Origin: Clostridiales bacterium
GTDB lineage: Bacteria; Bacillota; Clostridia; Oscillospirales; Oscillospiraceae
Direction of reading: 5' to 3'
DNA: 42,635 bases
Assembly (NCBI GenBank): GCA_019421525.1
Contig: JAHZFC010000001.1
Coordinates: 1 to 42,635 of the forward strand
In this document: positions 8,272 to 16,866 of the stretch, piece after piece
How positions within the stretch are numbered: the first letter of the stretch is position 1
Layout: the number at the start of each line of letters is the position of its first letter
The notes under the pieces: generated by a model
Told to the model about the DNA's origin: nothing
Databases searched by the model: none
Seen by the model: the letters and a program-made list of their open reading frames with translations, nothing else
Translations under genes and position numbers: made by a program

Positions 8272-8937
8272 TCACCTCCCGAAGAGCTGGTCCTCCGGCG
8301 GGATCTGGATCACGTCGCCGGGGTGGATCAGGTGGGGGTTGGCGATGGAGTTGTACTCCGCCAGGGCGTTGTAGTATTTGGCGCTGCCGTTGCCGTAGTA
8401 CCGCCGGCAGATGACGCTCAGCACGTCCCCGGCCACCACCGTATACTGCTGGGTGGTCTCGTCCGAGGTCTGGCCGCTGTTGCCCGTGCCGGCGTTGCCC
8501 GTCCAGGCGGTGTCGATGGTGGACACGGTCACCGCCTCCAGGTCCACCCACTCGGCCAGGGACAGGGTATAGTACACGTCCCCGCTGCCGTCCTGCTCCC
8601 GGTAGGTGATGCCCTCCACGATCACCTGGGCGTTGACCTCCGTGCCCCCGATGATGTACCGGACCACCTTTTTCTCCTCCATGAGGGCGGAGAACAGGTC
8701 CACATAGTAGTAGGGGTCGGCCACCGCTCCCGGCGCCAGCCAGGGGTATTCATGGGCCGGGAACAGCCCCTCTATCTGCCCCCGGTACCGCTTGGGCTTG
8801 CCCGGCCGGTACACGTCGCCCACCGCGGAGATGTTGATGGCCTCGATGTTGATGGCCTTCTCCCAGCTGGCCGTCTCCGGCGTGACGGGGAGGGTGACCG
8901 TGGAGCCGTCCACGATAAAATAGTGATATTTTTCCAT
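8272..8937 (-). CDS. LysM-domain tail protein, XkdP-like
   Basis: C-terminal YTVVAGDVLSVI...NSIANPHLIHPGDVIQIP LysM; GDVYYTLSL.EW motif. Confidence 0.9.
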   Translation of the reverse strand: MEKYHYFIVDGSTVTLPVTPETASWEKAINIEAINISAVGDVYRPGKPKRYRGQIEGLFPAHEYPWLAPGAVADPYYYVDLFSALMEEKKVVRYIIGGTEVNAQVIVEGITYREQDGSGDVYYTLSLAEWVDLEAVTVSTIDTAWTGNAGTGNSGQTSDETTQQYTVVAGDVLSVICRRYYGNGSAKYYNALAEYNSIANPHLIHPGDVIQIPPEDQLFGR

Positions 8938-8941
8938 GGGC

Positions 8942-11080
8942 TCACCCCGCCATCCGGGCCAGGCGCAGCTTCTCCACGATGGCGTCCGCGATGGCGTCCA
9001 CGTCGCTGTCGCTGCGCACGCTCCACTGCCCTGTGATCTGGACCGTGATGGGCGCCGTGCTCCCGCCCCGGTCCTGGGCCCTGGCCTCGCCCGCCGTCAA
9101 CACCCGTTCCCCCTCATGCAGCAGGGCCGGGAAATCGTCGTAGGGCACCCGGTTCAGCCCGACGGCATAGCCGGACGCGCCTGAGATCTGCGCGGCGTAG
9201 TCTGCCAGCGCGTCAACATCTCGGTTGGCCACCGCCTGCTGGTAGCTCTCGGAGCCGATGATATCATCCACCGTTTTGGAGCTGCCGGGGTCGATTCGAA
9301 TCCCCCCGAGCCCCATCCCCTTGGACCGCTCCTGGCTCTGGTAATAGGCGGACAGCGCCCCGGTCAGGTTGTTGGTGGCGGTGATGGAGTCCCGGATGGC
9401 CGCGATCTGGTCCAGCTCTGTCTGCTGGAGGGTGAGCACCGCGTCTGAGTTGTCATAGGCGATGGTACCCAGGGCCTGGGCCTGCTCATAGAGCGACTCC
9501 ATCTGCACCCCGGCCTCCTGGCTGCCGGCCTCGTAGGCCTCCATTGCCGCCTGGTACTGCTCCCGGAGGCTGGCCAGCTCGGCCAGCTCCTCCTCGCTCC
9601 AGATGCCGCTGCCGCTGACGTCCTCCCCCATCAGCACGGCGCTCAGCGCCTCCCGCTGATACTGCTCGCTGAGGTTTTCCAGATATGCCTGGTTTTGCCC
9701 GGCAATGGCGCTGATATAGCTCACCGCCTCGCCCAGCGCCCCGCCATAGGCGTCCGTCTCCGCCTGGAGGCCCTCCTTCCGGGCCTCGTTATACCCCTCT
9801 CCGCCGGCGGCCTGGATGGAGGTCTTGATATCCTCCAGGTTGTCCACCATGGCGTCGTAGGTGGTCATCAGGTCCTCGCTGAGCCCGCCATACTGCTGGT
9901 CGATGTAGTCCAGGATGGCCTGGGCCGCCGTCTCGCCGGAGATGTCCCCGTCGGACACCATCTCGGCGATCTGGCTGCGGTCTGCCCCGGTGGCGCTGGC
10001 CAGGGCGGAGTACACATCCACGCCCCGCTCCGAGAAGTAATTGAGATACTCCTGGGTGGCCTTTCCGGTGGTGCGCATCCGGCTCAGGCCGGAGATCATC
10101 ACCTCCACGTCGCTGGAGCTCAGGGCCAGGGCCGCCGTGGCGTCGGAGAGGGACTGGAGGACCCCGAACACCTCTTCGGGGTCGTAGCTGTTGAGCAGCA
10201 GCTGGGAGTACCCCGTGATCTCGTCGTATCCGTAGTTGGTCCGGGCCGCCATGTCCTCCACCCGTCCCAGGTACTCGTCCGCCGCCGCGTCGCTGCCAAA
10301 CCGCTGGGCAAACGCCCGCTGGGTCTGTTCCCGGCTGCCGGCTGTGGTGGAGCCGGACTCGATCATGGACGCCGTCTGCTCGTTCACCGCGTCGAAGAGC
10401 GCCCCGTAATACTCCTTAAAGGCGTCATCCTGCTCCTCATAGGTCTGAGTCAGCCCCTGGATGGCCCCCACCAGGCCGCCCAGGGCCGCCCCCACGGCGG
10501 TGCCCACCCCCGGACCGCCCAGCATGGTGCCGATGGCGGCCCCCTGCCCCGCCATACCCAATGCGCTGCCAAACACGTTGCCCGCCCCGCTGCCCAGGGC
10601 GGAGCCCGCCAGGGTGGTGGCCCAGTCCCCCGCCACGTCCCCCAGGGTGGACCACACCCCCGCCTGCCCCAGGGCGGACATCATGGAGGTATTGTCCGTG
10701 GCCCCCTTCCGCACGGTCGCAAGATTATCTTTTAATATCTGGTCATTCTCCCGCAGAGCCTTGTTGGTGGCGGTGACTTCCGCTCTCGTTTTTGTCCAGT
10801 ACTCCAAGGCTTCTTCATAGGCGTTTTTGCTGGTCTCATCGCCCAGTTCCTCATAGGCCTTCTTTGTCTTTTTTACCTCAGCCTCTGCCGAGGACATTTC
10901 CTTCTTCAGCTCTGTCAGCCGCTGCTTCAATCCAGACTGAGCCGTCTCATAGGCCTGATAGCTTTCGCTCAGCTGCTGGGTCTCCTTGTCCAGCGCCTTG
11001 GTCTTATCCGTGATGGCGGACAGGGTGGGGCTCATGCCATCCCTGGCCGAAAAATAGATATTAAGCCCGCCGTTTGGCAC
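8942..11080 (-). CDS. Tape measure protein
   Basis: GTG 11080 with GGAGG RBS; coiled-coil N-terminus, Gly/Ala-rich TM region, C-terminal VPYDDFPALLHEGERVLTA motif. Confidence 0.9.
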   Translation of the reverse strand: MPNGGLNIYFSARDGMSPTLSAITDKTKALDKETQQLSESYQAYETAQSGLKQRLTELKKEMSSAEAEVKKTKKAYEELGDETSKNAYEEALEYWTKTRAEVTATNKALRENDQILKDNLATVRKGATDNTSMMSALGQAGVWSTLGDVAGDWATTLAGSALGSGAGNVFGSALGMAGQGAAIGTMLGGPGVGTAVGAALGGLVGAIQGLTQTYEEQDDAFKEYYGALFDAVNEQTASMIESGSTTAGSREQTQRAFAQRFGSDAAADEYLGRVEDMAARTNYGYDEITGYSQLLLNSYDPEEVFGVLQSLSDATAALALSSSDVEVMISGLSRMRTTGKATQEYLNYFSERGVDVYSALASATGADRSQIAEMVSDGDISGETAAQAILDYIDQQYGGLSEDLMTTYDAMVDNLEDIKTSIQAAGGEGYNEARKEGLQAETDAYGGALGEAVSYISAIAGQNQAYLENLSEQYQREALSAVLMGEDVSGSGIWSEEELAELASLREQYQAAMEAYEAGSQEAGVQMESLYEQAQALGTIAYDNSDAVLTLQQTELDQIAAIRDSITATNNLTGALSAYYQSQERSKGMGLGGIRIDPGSSKTVDDIIGSESYQQAVANRDVDALADYAAQISGASGYAVGLNRVPYDDFPALLHEGERVLTAGEARAQDRGGSTAPITVQITGQWSVRSDSDVDAIADAIVEKLRLARMAG

Positions 11081-11279
11081 GCCGCATCCTCCCCCTTCCC
11101 TGCCTTGTAGCCCGTGCCTGCTCAGCTGCCTCCTCCCCCTCCAGGGAGGCCATGGCATACACCAGGTCCCGGTAGCCCTGGGGTTGCTCGTACACCTCCC
11201 AGGGCATCACGTTTTTGTGCCGAAACAGCCACCACAGGAGGTCCAGGTCCGGGTCCCTGGCCTCCCTTATCCGTTTTTT
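11061..11279 (-). CDS. -1 frameshift extension of the tail assembly chaperone (gpGT-like)
   Basis: Slippery A AAA AAC at 11279-11273; the -1 frame stays open to 11061 (DLDLLWWLFRHKNVMPWEVY...). Confidence 0.75.
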   Translation of the reverse strand, partial: KKRIREARDPDLDLLWWLFRHKNVMPWEVYEQPQGYRDLVYAMASLEGEEAAEQARATRQGRGRMRRAKRRA

Positions 11280-11680
11280 AGCTCTTTGATGGTGTTCTGG
11301 CGGTAGCCGGTCAGCCGCTCCACCGCCCGGCTCAGGTCCTCGATCTCCCCGGGCAGCAGCATGGCCTGGATCACGTCCAGGGGCGTTGCCGCCTTGAATT
11401 TGGCCATCAGGCCAGGGTCCTTGAAACTGGGATCTACGCACCCCTCCAGCAGGATGTGGCACTCCAGGTCCTCGGTGAGCCGCTGGAGCTCATGGACCCG
11501 GCCGTAGGGCAGTCCCTGGAGGACGAATACCGCCGGCTCCCCCAGCTCCCGGCTCAGCCGCTTGACCTCGTACTTCTTTCGGGGCCGCTCCCGCCGCACG
11601 TCGGGCAGCACCCCCTCCAGCAGCAGCGAGAGGACGCTGGTCTCCTGCTTCGGTTCTGTTTTCTTGATCCCGTTTTCCAT
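11267..11680 (-). CDS. Tail assembly chaperone, XkdN-like
   Basis: DPSFKD..L, LLPGEI..L...V..LTGY motifs; lies between tube and tape measure genes. Confidence 0.85.
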   Translation of the reverse strand: MENGIKKTEPKQETSVLSLLLEGVLPDVRRERPRKKYEVKRLSRELGEPAVFVLQGLPYGRVHELQRLTEDLECHILLEGCVDPSFKDPGLMAKFKAATPLDVIQAMLLPGEIEDLSRAVERLTGYRQNTIKELKNG

Positions 11681-11702
11681 GTTTTCTCCCTTTCCGGGCG
11701 GC

Positions 11703-11740
11703 AAAAAAAGCCGGCCCTGTCAAACTTGACAAGACCGGCC
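11703..11740 (-). terminator. Terminator for the putative toxin mRNA
   Basis: Minus strand GGCCGGTCTTGTCAA-GT-TTGACAGGGCCGGC followed by TTTTTTT. Confidence 0.75.
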
Positions 11741-11759
11741 CCTGCCGCTATAATGGAGA

Positions 11760-11850
11760 CGTAAAAGGGCGCTGTTACGACGGTCAGCCCTCACACTAAA
11801 TCAACTTACGTTGACCGCTTGGGGACCAGCCGAGCGGTCAACACGCTTTT
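11760..11850 (+). ncRNA. Putative type I antitoxin antisense RNA (~90 nt)
   Basis: Consensus TTGACA(11726-31)-17bp-TATAAT(11749-54); ends in hairpin GTTGACCGCTTGG...CCGAGCGGTCAAC with TTTT; no ORF. Confidence 0.7.
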
Positions 11851-11939
11851 GGGGATATGTATATCATGGCCCATAGGACCACGATGAGACATACCGCGAA
11901 GCGAAGGGCTCTCGCCCATCGTCCGTTTCCCATCGGCAT
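11838..11939 (-). CDS. Putative type I toxin, 33-aa hydrophobic peptide
   Basis: GGAGGTG RBS; MPMGNGRWARALRFAVCLIVVLWAMIYISPKAC; own promoter TTGACA(12037-32)-17bp-TGn-TAGGAT(12014-09). Confidence 0.75.
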   Translation of the reverse strand: MPMGNGRWARALRFAVCLIVVLWAMIYISPKAC

Positions 11940-12042
11940 CACCTCCCTTCTCAGGGAAGTGGCTGACCGCCATATGTAACAGCGCCCTGCCCCTCTCGGG
12001 GCACGTCCATCCTAACATAAGCGCCGCGCCTTGTCAATTTCT

Positions 12043-12068
12043 GCCGCCCCCTAGTGGGGCGGCTTTTT
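12043..12068 (+). terminator. Rho-independent terminator at the TA-module boundary
   Basis: GCCGCCCC-CTAGT-GGGGCGGC followed by TTTTT. Confidence 0.75.
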
Positions 12069-12074
12069 CCGTCC

Positions 12075-12503
12075 TCAGGTCTCCAGCACTGTGTAATCGT
12101 CCGCCGTGAAGGGGGCCTCGATCTGGCCGATCCGGGCCGCCTCCCAGTCCGCCAGGGTCAGGTCGTCAAAGCTCACCCCGGTCACCTGGACCCGCTGGAC
12201 GCTGTCCGCGTCCGGGTCGTCCAGTTTGCTGACGATCACAAACCGGGTATCCTTGCCTGCCTTCAGGTCGGCGGCCTGGGTATCGATCATCCGGCTGGTG
12301 GCGTTGTAGAGCTTCACCGTGCCGGTGATGTTGGCGCTCATCAGCTTGTGGCCCTCCATAAAGGCCCCACACCGTGGGATCGCCTCTTTGGTCTTGTTGA
12401 CCTTGATCTGTAAGCCGTAGCACTCGCTGGCCAGCTCTCCGTTGAGCCAGCAGGTGCCGTGGGAACCGGAGCGGACCCGCTCCGGGCTCAACACATCCGC
12501 CAT
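12075..12503 (-). CDS. Tail tube protein, XkdM-like
   Basis: SKLDDPDA...R....VSFDDLTLADWE...IEAPFT motif. Confidence 0.92.
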   Translation of the reverse strand: MADVLSPERVRSGSHGTCWLNGELASECYGLQIKVNKTKEAIPRCGAFMEGHKLMSANITGTVKLYNATSRMIDTQAADLKAGKDTRFVIVSKLDDPDADSVQRVQVTGVSFDDLTLADWEAARIGQIEAPFTADDYTVLET

Positions 12504-12518
12504 GGTCTATCCCTCCCA

Positions 12519-13616
12519 TCAGTGATTCAGCAGCGCCAGGGAGATGCTGAAATCCTCCATGGCGTCCACGATCCGCCCGCTCAGGGCGATGAATACATAG
12601 CTGCCCGTGTCGTGCTTGCGGATCTCCTCGTCGCTCAGGTCGGTCACATCCACGCCCTGCTCCTTCAGCCAGGCCCGGGTGGCCTCCAGGTCGATCTCCG
12701 CCGTGCCGGTGCCCGTCTCCAGCAGATCGGGCTCCAGGCTGGTGAGGTAGTCCTGGAGGGCCGCCACCAACAGGCACTTGTTGTCGTAGGTGTTGGCGCA
12801 CTGGCCCCGATACTCGTCGTCAGCGGTAGTCACGGCGTAGTAGTGGATCAGGTCGATGACCTCGACGGCTTTGATCTTCCGCAGGATAGTGGTCAGGTTG
12901 CCGCTGGGGGCGTAGGAGTTGACAGCTCTGGCCACCCGCACCTTCCGCCCGTCGTGATAGAGGGCCAGCTGGCCGGCGTCGATGGCGTCGTCCAGGTCGT
13001 CATCGTCCATCTCGGTGATGGACGCCACCTCGTCCAGGGCCGCGCCGGTGGCGCTGCCCTCCCCCGGGGTGCCCGCCAGCAGCCCGGCGATCCGGGAGCA
13101 GTATTCCGCCGTGGTGCAAGTGTCCGCCGGCAGGGTCACCCCGCCGAAGGTGCCGGCGGAGGCGGCGATGTTGGTGGCCACGAAGTTGATGACGCCCACG
13201 TCGTTGGCCGCGTAGCTGGGCACCACCGCTTTCCCGATGTAGTTCTTCTTCCGGCGGGCGATGACCCCGTCCGCCAAGGCCTTGGCGTCTGTGCTGTCGC
13301 TGTCCGGGAAGCCCGCCACGTAGTCATAGGTCCGGGGGGTCAGCTGCCCCAGGGCGTCCTCGACGGTGCCCTCGGCCCCCACCACGGACAGGTAGAGCTT
13401 CTGGGGCCGGTTGGTGCTGCCCACCAGGGCCCGCTTGACATAAGCCGCGTTGTCCGCCCCCAGCTCCGCGGGGATGTCCGCCTCGTGGGATACGGTGTAC
13501 ACCCCGGCGGTCACTCCGGTGTCCTGGAGCAGCAGGGCCACGATGCCCTGCTTGGCCCGGGCGACCACCGTCTGGGCGGCCACCGAGTAGCTAAAATAGA
13601 GTTCCGGAAGTCCCAT
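12519..13616 (-). CDS. Tail sheath protein, XkdK-like (contractile tail)
   Basis: MGLPEL start; RIAGLLAG, V.RAVNS, KIKAVE..DLI, NTYDNKCLL, DAMEDF motifs. Confidence 0.92.
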   Translation of the reverse strand: MGLPELYFSYSVAAQTVVARAKQGIVALLLQDTGVTAGVYTVSHEADIPAELGADNAAYVKRALVGSTNRPQKLYLSVVGAEGTVEDALGQLTPRTYDYVAGFPDSDSTDAKALADGVIARRKKNYIGKAVVPSYAANDVGVINFVATNIAASAGTFGGVTLPADTCTTAEYCSRIAGLLAGTPGEGSATGAALDEVASITEMDDDDLDDAIDAGQLALYHDGRKVRVARAVNSYAPSGNLTTILRKIKAVEVIDLIHYYAVTTADDEYRGQCANTYDNKCLLVAALQDYLTSLEPDLLETGTGTAEIDLEATRAWLKEQGVDVTDLSDEEIRKHDTGSYVFIALSGRIVDAMEDFSISLALLNH

Positions 13617-13623
13617 CGTTACA

Positions 13624-14109
13624 TCACTCCTTTGCTGTCGTGTTGAAATCAAAATGCTCCATCATGGGGGCGGTCTCCGCCTCCAGGAAGTCGGCCCGGC
13701 TCAGGGTCAGGGAGAAGGTGACCGTCACCGTGTCGTAGTCATACCCCCCGGCCAGCTTCAGCGCCGTCACCTTGGGGGCCCGGCCTTTGCCCTTGGGGTT
13801 TGCCGGGTCCTTGACCCGGATGTAGCCGGGCATGAAAAGTCCGGTGAGCACCATCTGCCGGCGGTGGAGCTCCGCCAGGTGGCTGTGGTGGCGCGCGTCT
13901 ACCGGCACAAAGGTGGTCAGGGTGTAGACCGGCCGCAGCTCCACCACTCCGGTGCCGAAATTGGCATCCCCCTCACACTGGTCCAGCACGATCAGCGTGC
14001 TGGGCCGCTCAAAGCCCTGGGGCGCCAGGTCGCGATAGATCGCCTCGCCGGGGAATTTCTCCCCCACCAGCGCCTCCAGTTCGTCCATGATGTCGTTAGG
14101 CGTTACCAT
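13624..14109 (-). CDS. Tail terminator/completion protein
   Basis: QGFERPS motif; position immediately before the sheath gene. Confidence 0.65.
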   Translation of the reverse strand: MVTPNDIMDELEALVGEKFPGEAIYRDLAPQGFERPSTLIVLDQCEGDANFGTGVVELRPVYTLTTFVPVDARHHSHLAELHRRQMVLTGLFMPGYIRVKDPANPKGKGRAPKVTALKLAGGYDYDTVTVTFSLTLSRADFLEAETAPMMEHFDFNTTAKE

Positions 14110-14112
14110 GGT

Positions 14113-14607
14113 TTATCCCTCCAAGTGCTTGATCAGGTCGTTCACGATCTGATTGCAGGTCTCTTTGGCGATGGCCTCCACGCTCTTCTGCGCCTTTTCG
14201 TAAAAATACTTTCCCTGCACCCGGCCGGAGGCGTACTTTTCCGTCTTTCCCGCCTTGGACGTTTTCCGGCCCCCCTGGCCTGGGAACCGATGGCCTGAGT
14301 TGATAGCGTTGGTGACATAGCCCACAGCGTAGGTATGTCCTCCCGGTGTTGGCTCAGTGAAGGTGTCCTTCTTAGGCCGCACGGCGGCGTATCCGCCCTT
14401 GCTGCCCACGAACTGGTCCTGCCAGCTGCGCACCTTTCCCCGGCTGTCCCCGATGGTGGACACGATTCGCTCGTCCAGCGCCTGCCTGAGTTCGGGCGCT
14501 GCCGCCTCGAAGGCCTCCCGGCGGACCTGTTGAAACACCTCTGGGGCCTGCTCCAGCTTTTGGAGCAGCTCATCCAGCTCGCTGGTGTCCAGAGAGATGT
14601 CCTGCAT
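14113..14607 (-). CDS. HK97 gp10-like neck/tail completion protein
   Basis: NAINSGHR and RVQGKYFY motifs; synteny. Confidence 0.7.
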   Translation of the reverse strand: MQDISLDTSELDELLQKLEQAPEVFQQVRREAFEAAAPELRQALDERIVSTIGDSRGKVRSWQDQFVGSKGGYAAVRPKKDTFTEPTPGGHTYAVGYVTNAINSGHRFPGQGGRKTSKAGKTEKYASGRVQGKYFYEKAQKSVEAIAKETCNQIVNDLIKHLEG

Positions 14608-15164
14608 TACAGGTCCACCGTCCTCTCAATCTCATACTCGTTGTGCCAAAGGTCCAGGATGTGGGCCACTTTGATGTGCCAGTCCGTCCCGTCCACCTCC
14701 ACCAGCTGCCCGGGCTTGAGCTCGATGGCCTTGGGCGTCACCAGCACATGGCGCAGCACGTTGACGGCGTAGGGCTCCAGCTGGTCGTGGCCCAGGTATT
14801 TTTCCGTCACGCTGGCCGGGAATTGGACGCTCCCGTCCTCGTTCTCACAGGCCGAAATGGTCACCAGGGCGGCGCTCACCTCCATGTGGTTGCGGCCCAG
14901 GGGCTCGATCGCGGTGATAAAGCAGTGCCGTCCCCGCCACTCCAGGGCATTTCCCAGGCTCAGCGCCTGCCGCCGCATGGTCAGATTCACCCCGGTGGCG
15001 CCGATGCCGTGGACGGACCACACGTTGTGCCGGGTAGACAGTTCCACCCTGGCCCAGGTCGTCCGGGCCTGCTGCCAGGCCCAGACGCCTGTGGAGGTCT
15101 CCGCCAGCTCCAGCACCTTGACACGCTCATCCAGCTTTCCGGCATCCACATGTTCTGCTGCCAT
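14607..15164 (-). CDS. Head closure / head-tail adaptor protein
   Basis: AGKLDERV.VL, TTWARVE N-terminal pattern; synteny. Confidence 0.7.
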   Translation of the reverse strand: MAAEHVDAGKLDERVKVLELAETSTGVWAWQQARTTWARVELSTRHNVWSVHGIGATGVNLTMRRQALSLGNALEWRGRHCFITAIEPLGRNHMEVSAALVTISACENEDGSVQFPASVTEKYLGHDQLEPYAVNVLRHVLVTPKAIELKPGQLVEVDGTDWHIKVAHILDLWHNEYEIERTVDL

Positions 15165-15286
15165 CCTTGGGTCCTCCTTCTCTCGTCCGCCCCGCAGGGC
15201 GGGGGGTTCCCCAAAGGGGGACTGGTCCCCCTTTGGAGCCGCGCCGCCGTCAGGCGGTCATGGCGTTTCCGCGGGAACGCCCGCGG

Positions 15287-15625
15287 CTACTCCACCTCCA
15301 AATCCGCAAGCGTCTGCGGATTTGCCGGCTGGCTCAGCTTGAGCTGATTCAGCATCCGCCGGAAAATGGGGTTGTCCACCACGTTGGAGCCCACCACGGC
15401 GGCATCTCGCTGGTCAAAGGCCGCCAGGACCAGGTAGTTGATGCACAGGTCATACCTGGCCCGGGCCGCGCCCTCCTCCGGCTCCTGGATGCCCGCATCC
15501 GCCAGGTACTCCACCGCCCCGTCATAGAGGGCGGGGATCAGGGTCTGCACCTCCGGGTCGTCCGCCAGCTCGGTCAGTTTGCAGTAGGCCAGCAGGCTGG
15601 CCATCCGCTCCTCCGTCAGCGCCAT
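15287..15625 (-). CDS. Head-tail connector (gp6-like)
   Basis: EYL.DAGI, LVL..FDQR motifs; follows the capsid gene. Confidence 0.8.
   Translation of the reverse strand: MALTEERMASLLAYCKLTELADDPEVQTLIPALYDGAVEYLADAGIQEPEEGAARARYDLCINYLVLAAFDQRDAAVVGSNVVDNPIFRRMLNQLKLSQPANPQTLADLEVE
15299..15324. repeat. 26-bp palindrome, copy 1
   Basis: CAAATCCGCA-AGCGTC-TGCGGATTTG, identical to 30509-30534. Confidence 0.9.
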
Positions 15626-15630
15626 GGCGA

Positions 15631-16866
15631 TCAGCCGGTGGCGGCCAGGGTGCCCACCACCATGCCGTTGTGGACCACCAGGTTGCCGCCCACCATGGCG
15701 TCGCCCAGGATGGTGTACATCCGTTCCACGGCCTTGACGCTCTCATCCACCCGGATGGAGTAGGGCCCAAACAGGCCCAGAAGGTAGTTCATGGGGCTGC
15801 CGTACAGCATGGTCTGGATGGCGCTGGACCCGGCGGTGGAGGCGGACAGGGCGGTGAGGGCGGACACGATGGTGTAGGGTACGAAGTTGCCCCCGTCCTC
15901 GATCATGCCAATATTGGGGTTGCCCGTGTCCGGATGGACCTTGTACACCCGGTTTTTGTCCGCGGTTCCCCGGATCTGGCCGAAGGCCTTCAGGTCCGCC
16001 TTGTTGAGGAACAGCCGGGCGTTGCCCGCGATCTCCTCGTCCCCACCGTAGGCGTAGAAGAGCAGGTCCAGCGTGTTCTCGTTGATGGCCGTGAGGTTCT
16101 CCGTGGCGAAGATCGCGCTGCCCGCCTGGTTCTTGGCGTTTTTCATGCCGTACATGTCCGGAGTGGACTGGCCGTCGCCGTTGACGATGAGCTCGGCCAG
16201 CTTCCGCCGCATGGCCCGCATGGCCATGCCGTAGATCTTGGCGTAGTAGTTGGCCGGGGACAGCCGGGAGATGTTCCGGTCCACATAGTTGGTCACGTTG
16301 ATCTCATAGGGGGCGATCTTGGCCACCCCGAAGGTGGGGTCGGCGGAGGCGGTGCGGGCGGTGCCAGCGTTGGTGGTCACCTTGCCGCCCTTGGCGTCGC
16401 TTTCGGTGATCACATAGGGCTCCAGCAGGGAACCCATGCCCTCCAGATCCTGCACCTGCACCTGGTCCACGATGGAGCTCACAGTGGTCTCCAGGTTGTC
16501 CCGGATGTTGGTCCCTGCCCCGGTGGGCTGCACCAGGGTGCCGGTGCCCAGGGTGATGGACTTGTTCACTCCCCACAGGGCCTTGCGCACCTCGGGCACG
16601 GAGAAGGTCACCTTCTCCCCCTTCATCAGCTGGCTGCCCAGCTCCTCGGCCTTGTCCTTCTCCACCTGGGGGTCGTCCGCCTTTTCCATAAATTTCCGGT
16701 CCCGCTCCTCGATCAGGTCCTGGATGGACTTGATCTCGGTGTTCATGTTGCGGACCTGCTCCATGGCGGAGTTGTAGTCCTCCTGCTTGCCCGCCTTCAG
16801 GGCGGACTCCGCCGCCTCCAGCTGGGCGGCCCGCTGCTGCTTAAGCTCGATCAGTTTGCGTCTCAT
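15631..16866 (-). CDS. Major capsid protein, HK97 fold with N-terminal scaffold (delta) region
   Basis: ATG 16866 (MRRKLIE); coiled-coil N-terminus, IVNGDG motif; synteny. Confidence 0.9.
   Translation of the reverse strand: MRRKLIELKQQRAAQLEAAESALKAGKQEDYNSAMEQVRNMNTEIKSIQDLIEERDRKFMEKADDPQVEKDKAEELGSQLMKGEKVTFSVPEVRKALWGVNKSITLGTGTLVQPTGAGTNIRDNLETTVSSIVDQVQVQDLEGMGSLLEPYVITESDAKGGKVTTNAGTARTASADPTFGVAKIAPYEINVTNYVDRNISRLSPANYYAKIYGMAMRAMRRKLAELIVNGDGQSTPDMYGMKNAKNQAGSAIFATENLTAINENTLDLLFYAYGGDEEIAGNARLFLNKADLKAFGQIRGTADKNRVYKVHPDTGNPNIGMIEDGGNFVPYTIVSALTALSASTAGSSAIQTMLYGSPMNYLLGLFGPYSIRVDESVKAVERMYTILGDAMVGGNLVVHNGMVVGTLAATG

Noticed and set aside
7300..9036. Long plus-strand ORFs opposite structural genes (for example 7300-9036, 12459-13646, 15670-16887, 29232-30737)
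   Set aside because: Shadow ORFs caused by high GC3 codon bias; no RBS or motifs, while the opposite strand carries recognisable phage genes
11806..12018. 70-aa minus-strand ORF in the TA region
   Set aside because: It starts upstream of the predicted transcription start and has no RBS; the 33-aa ORF in another frame has a perfect RBS
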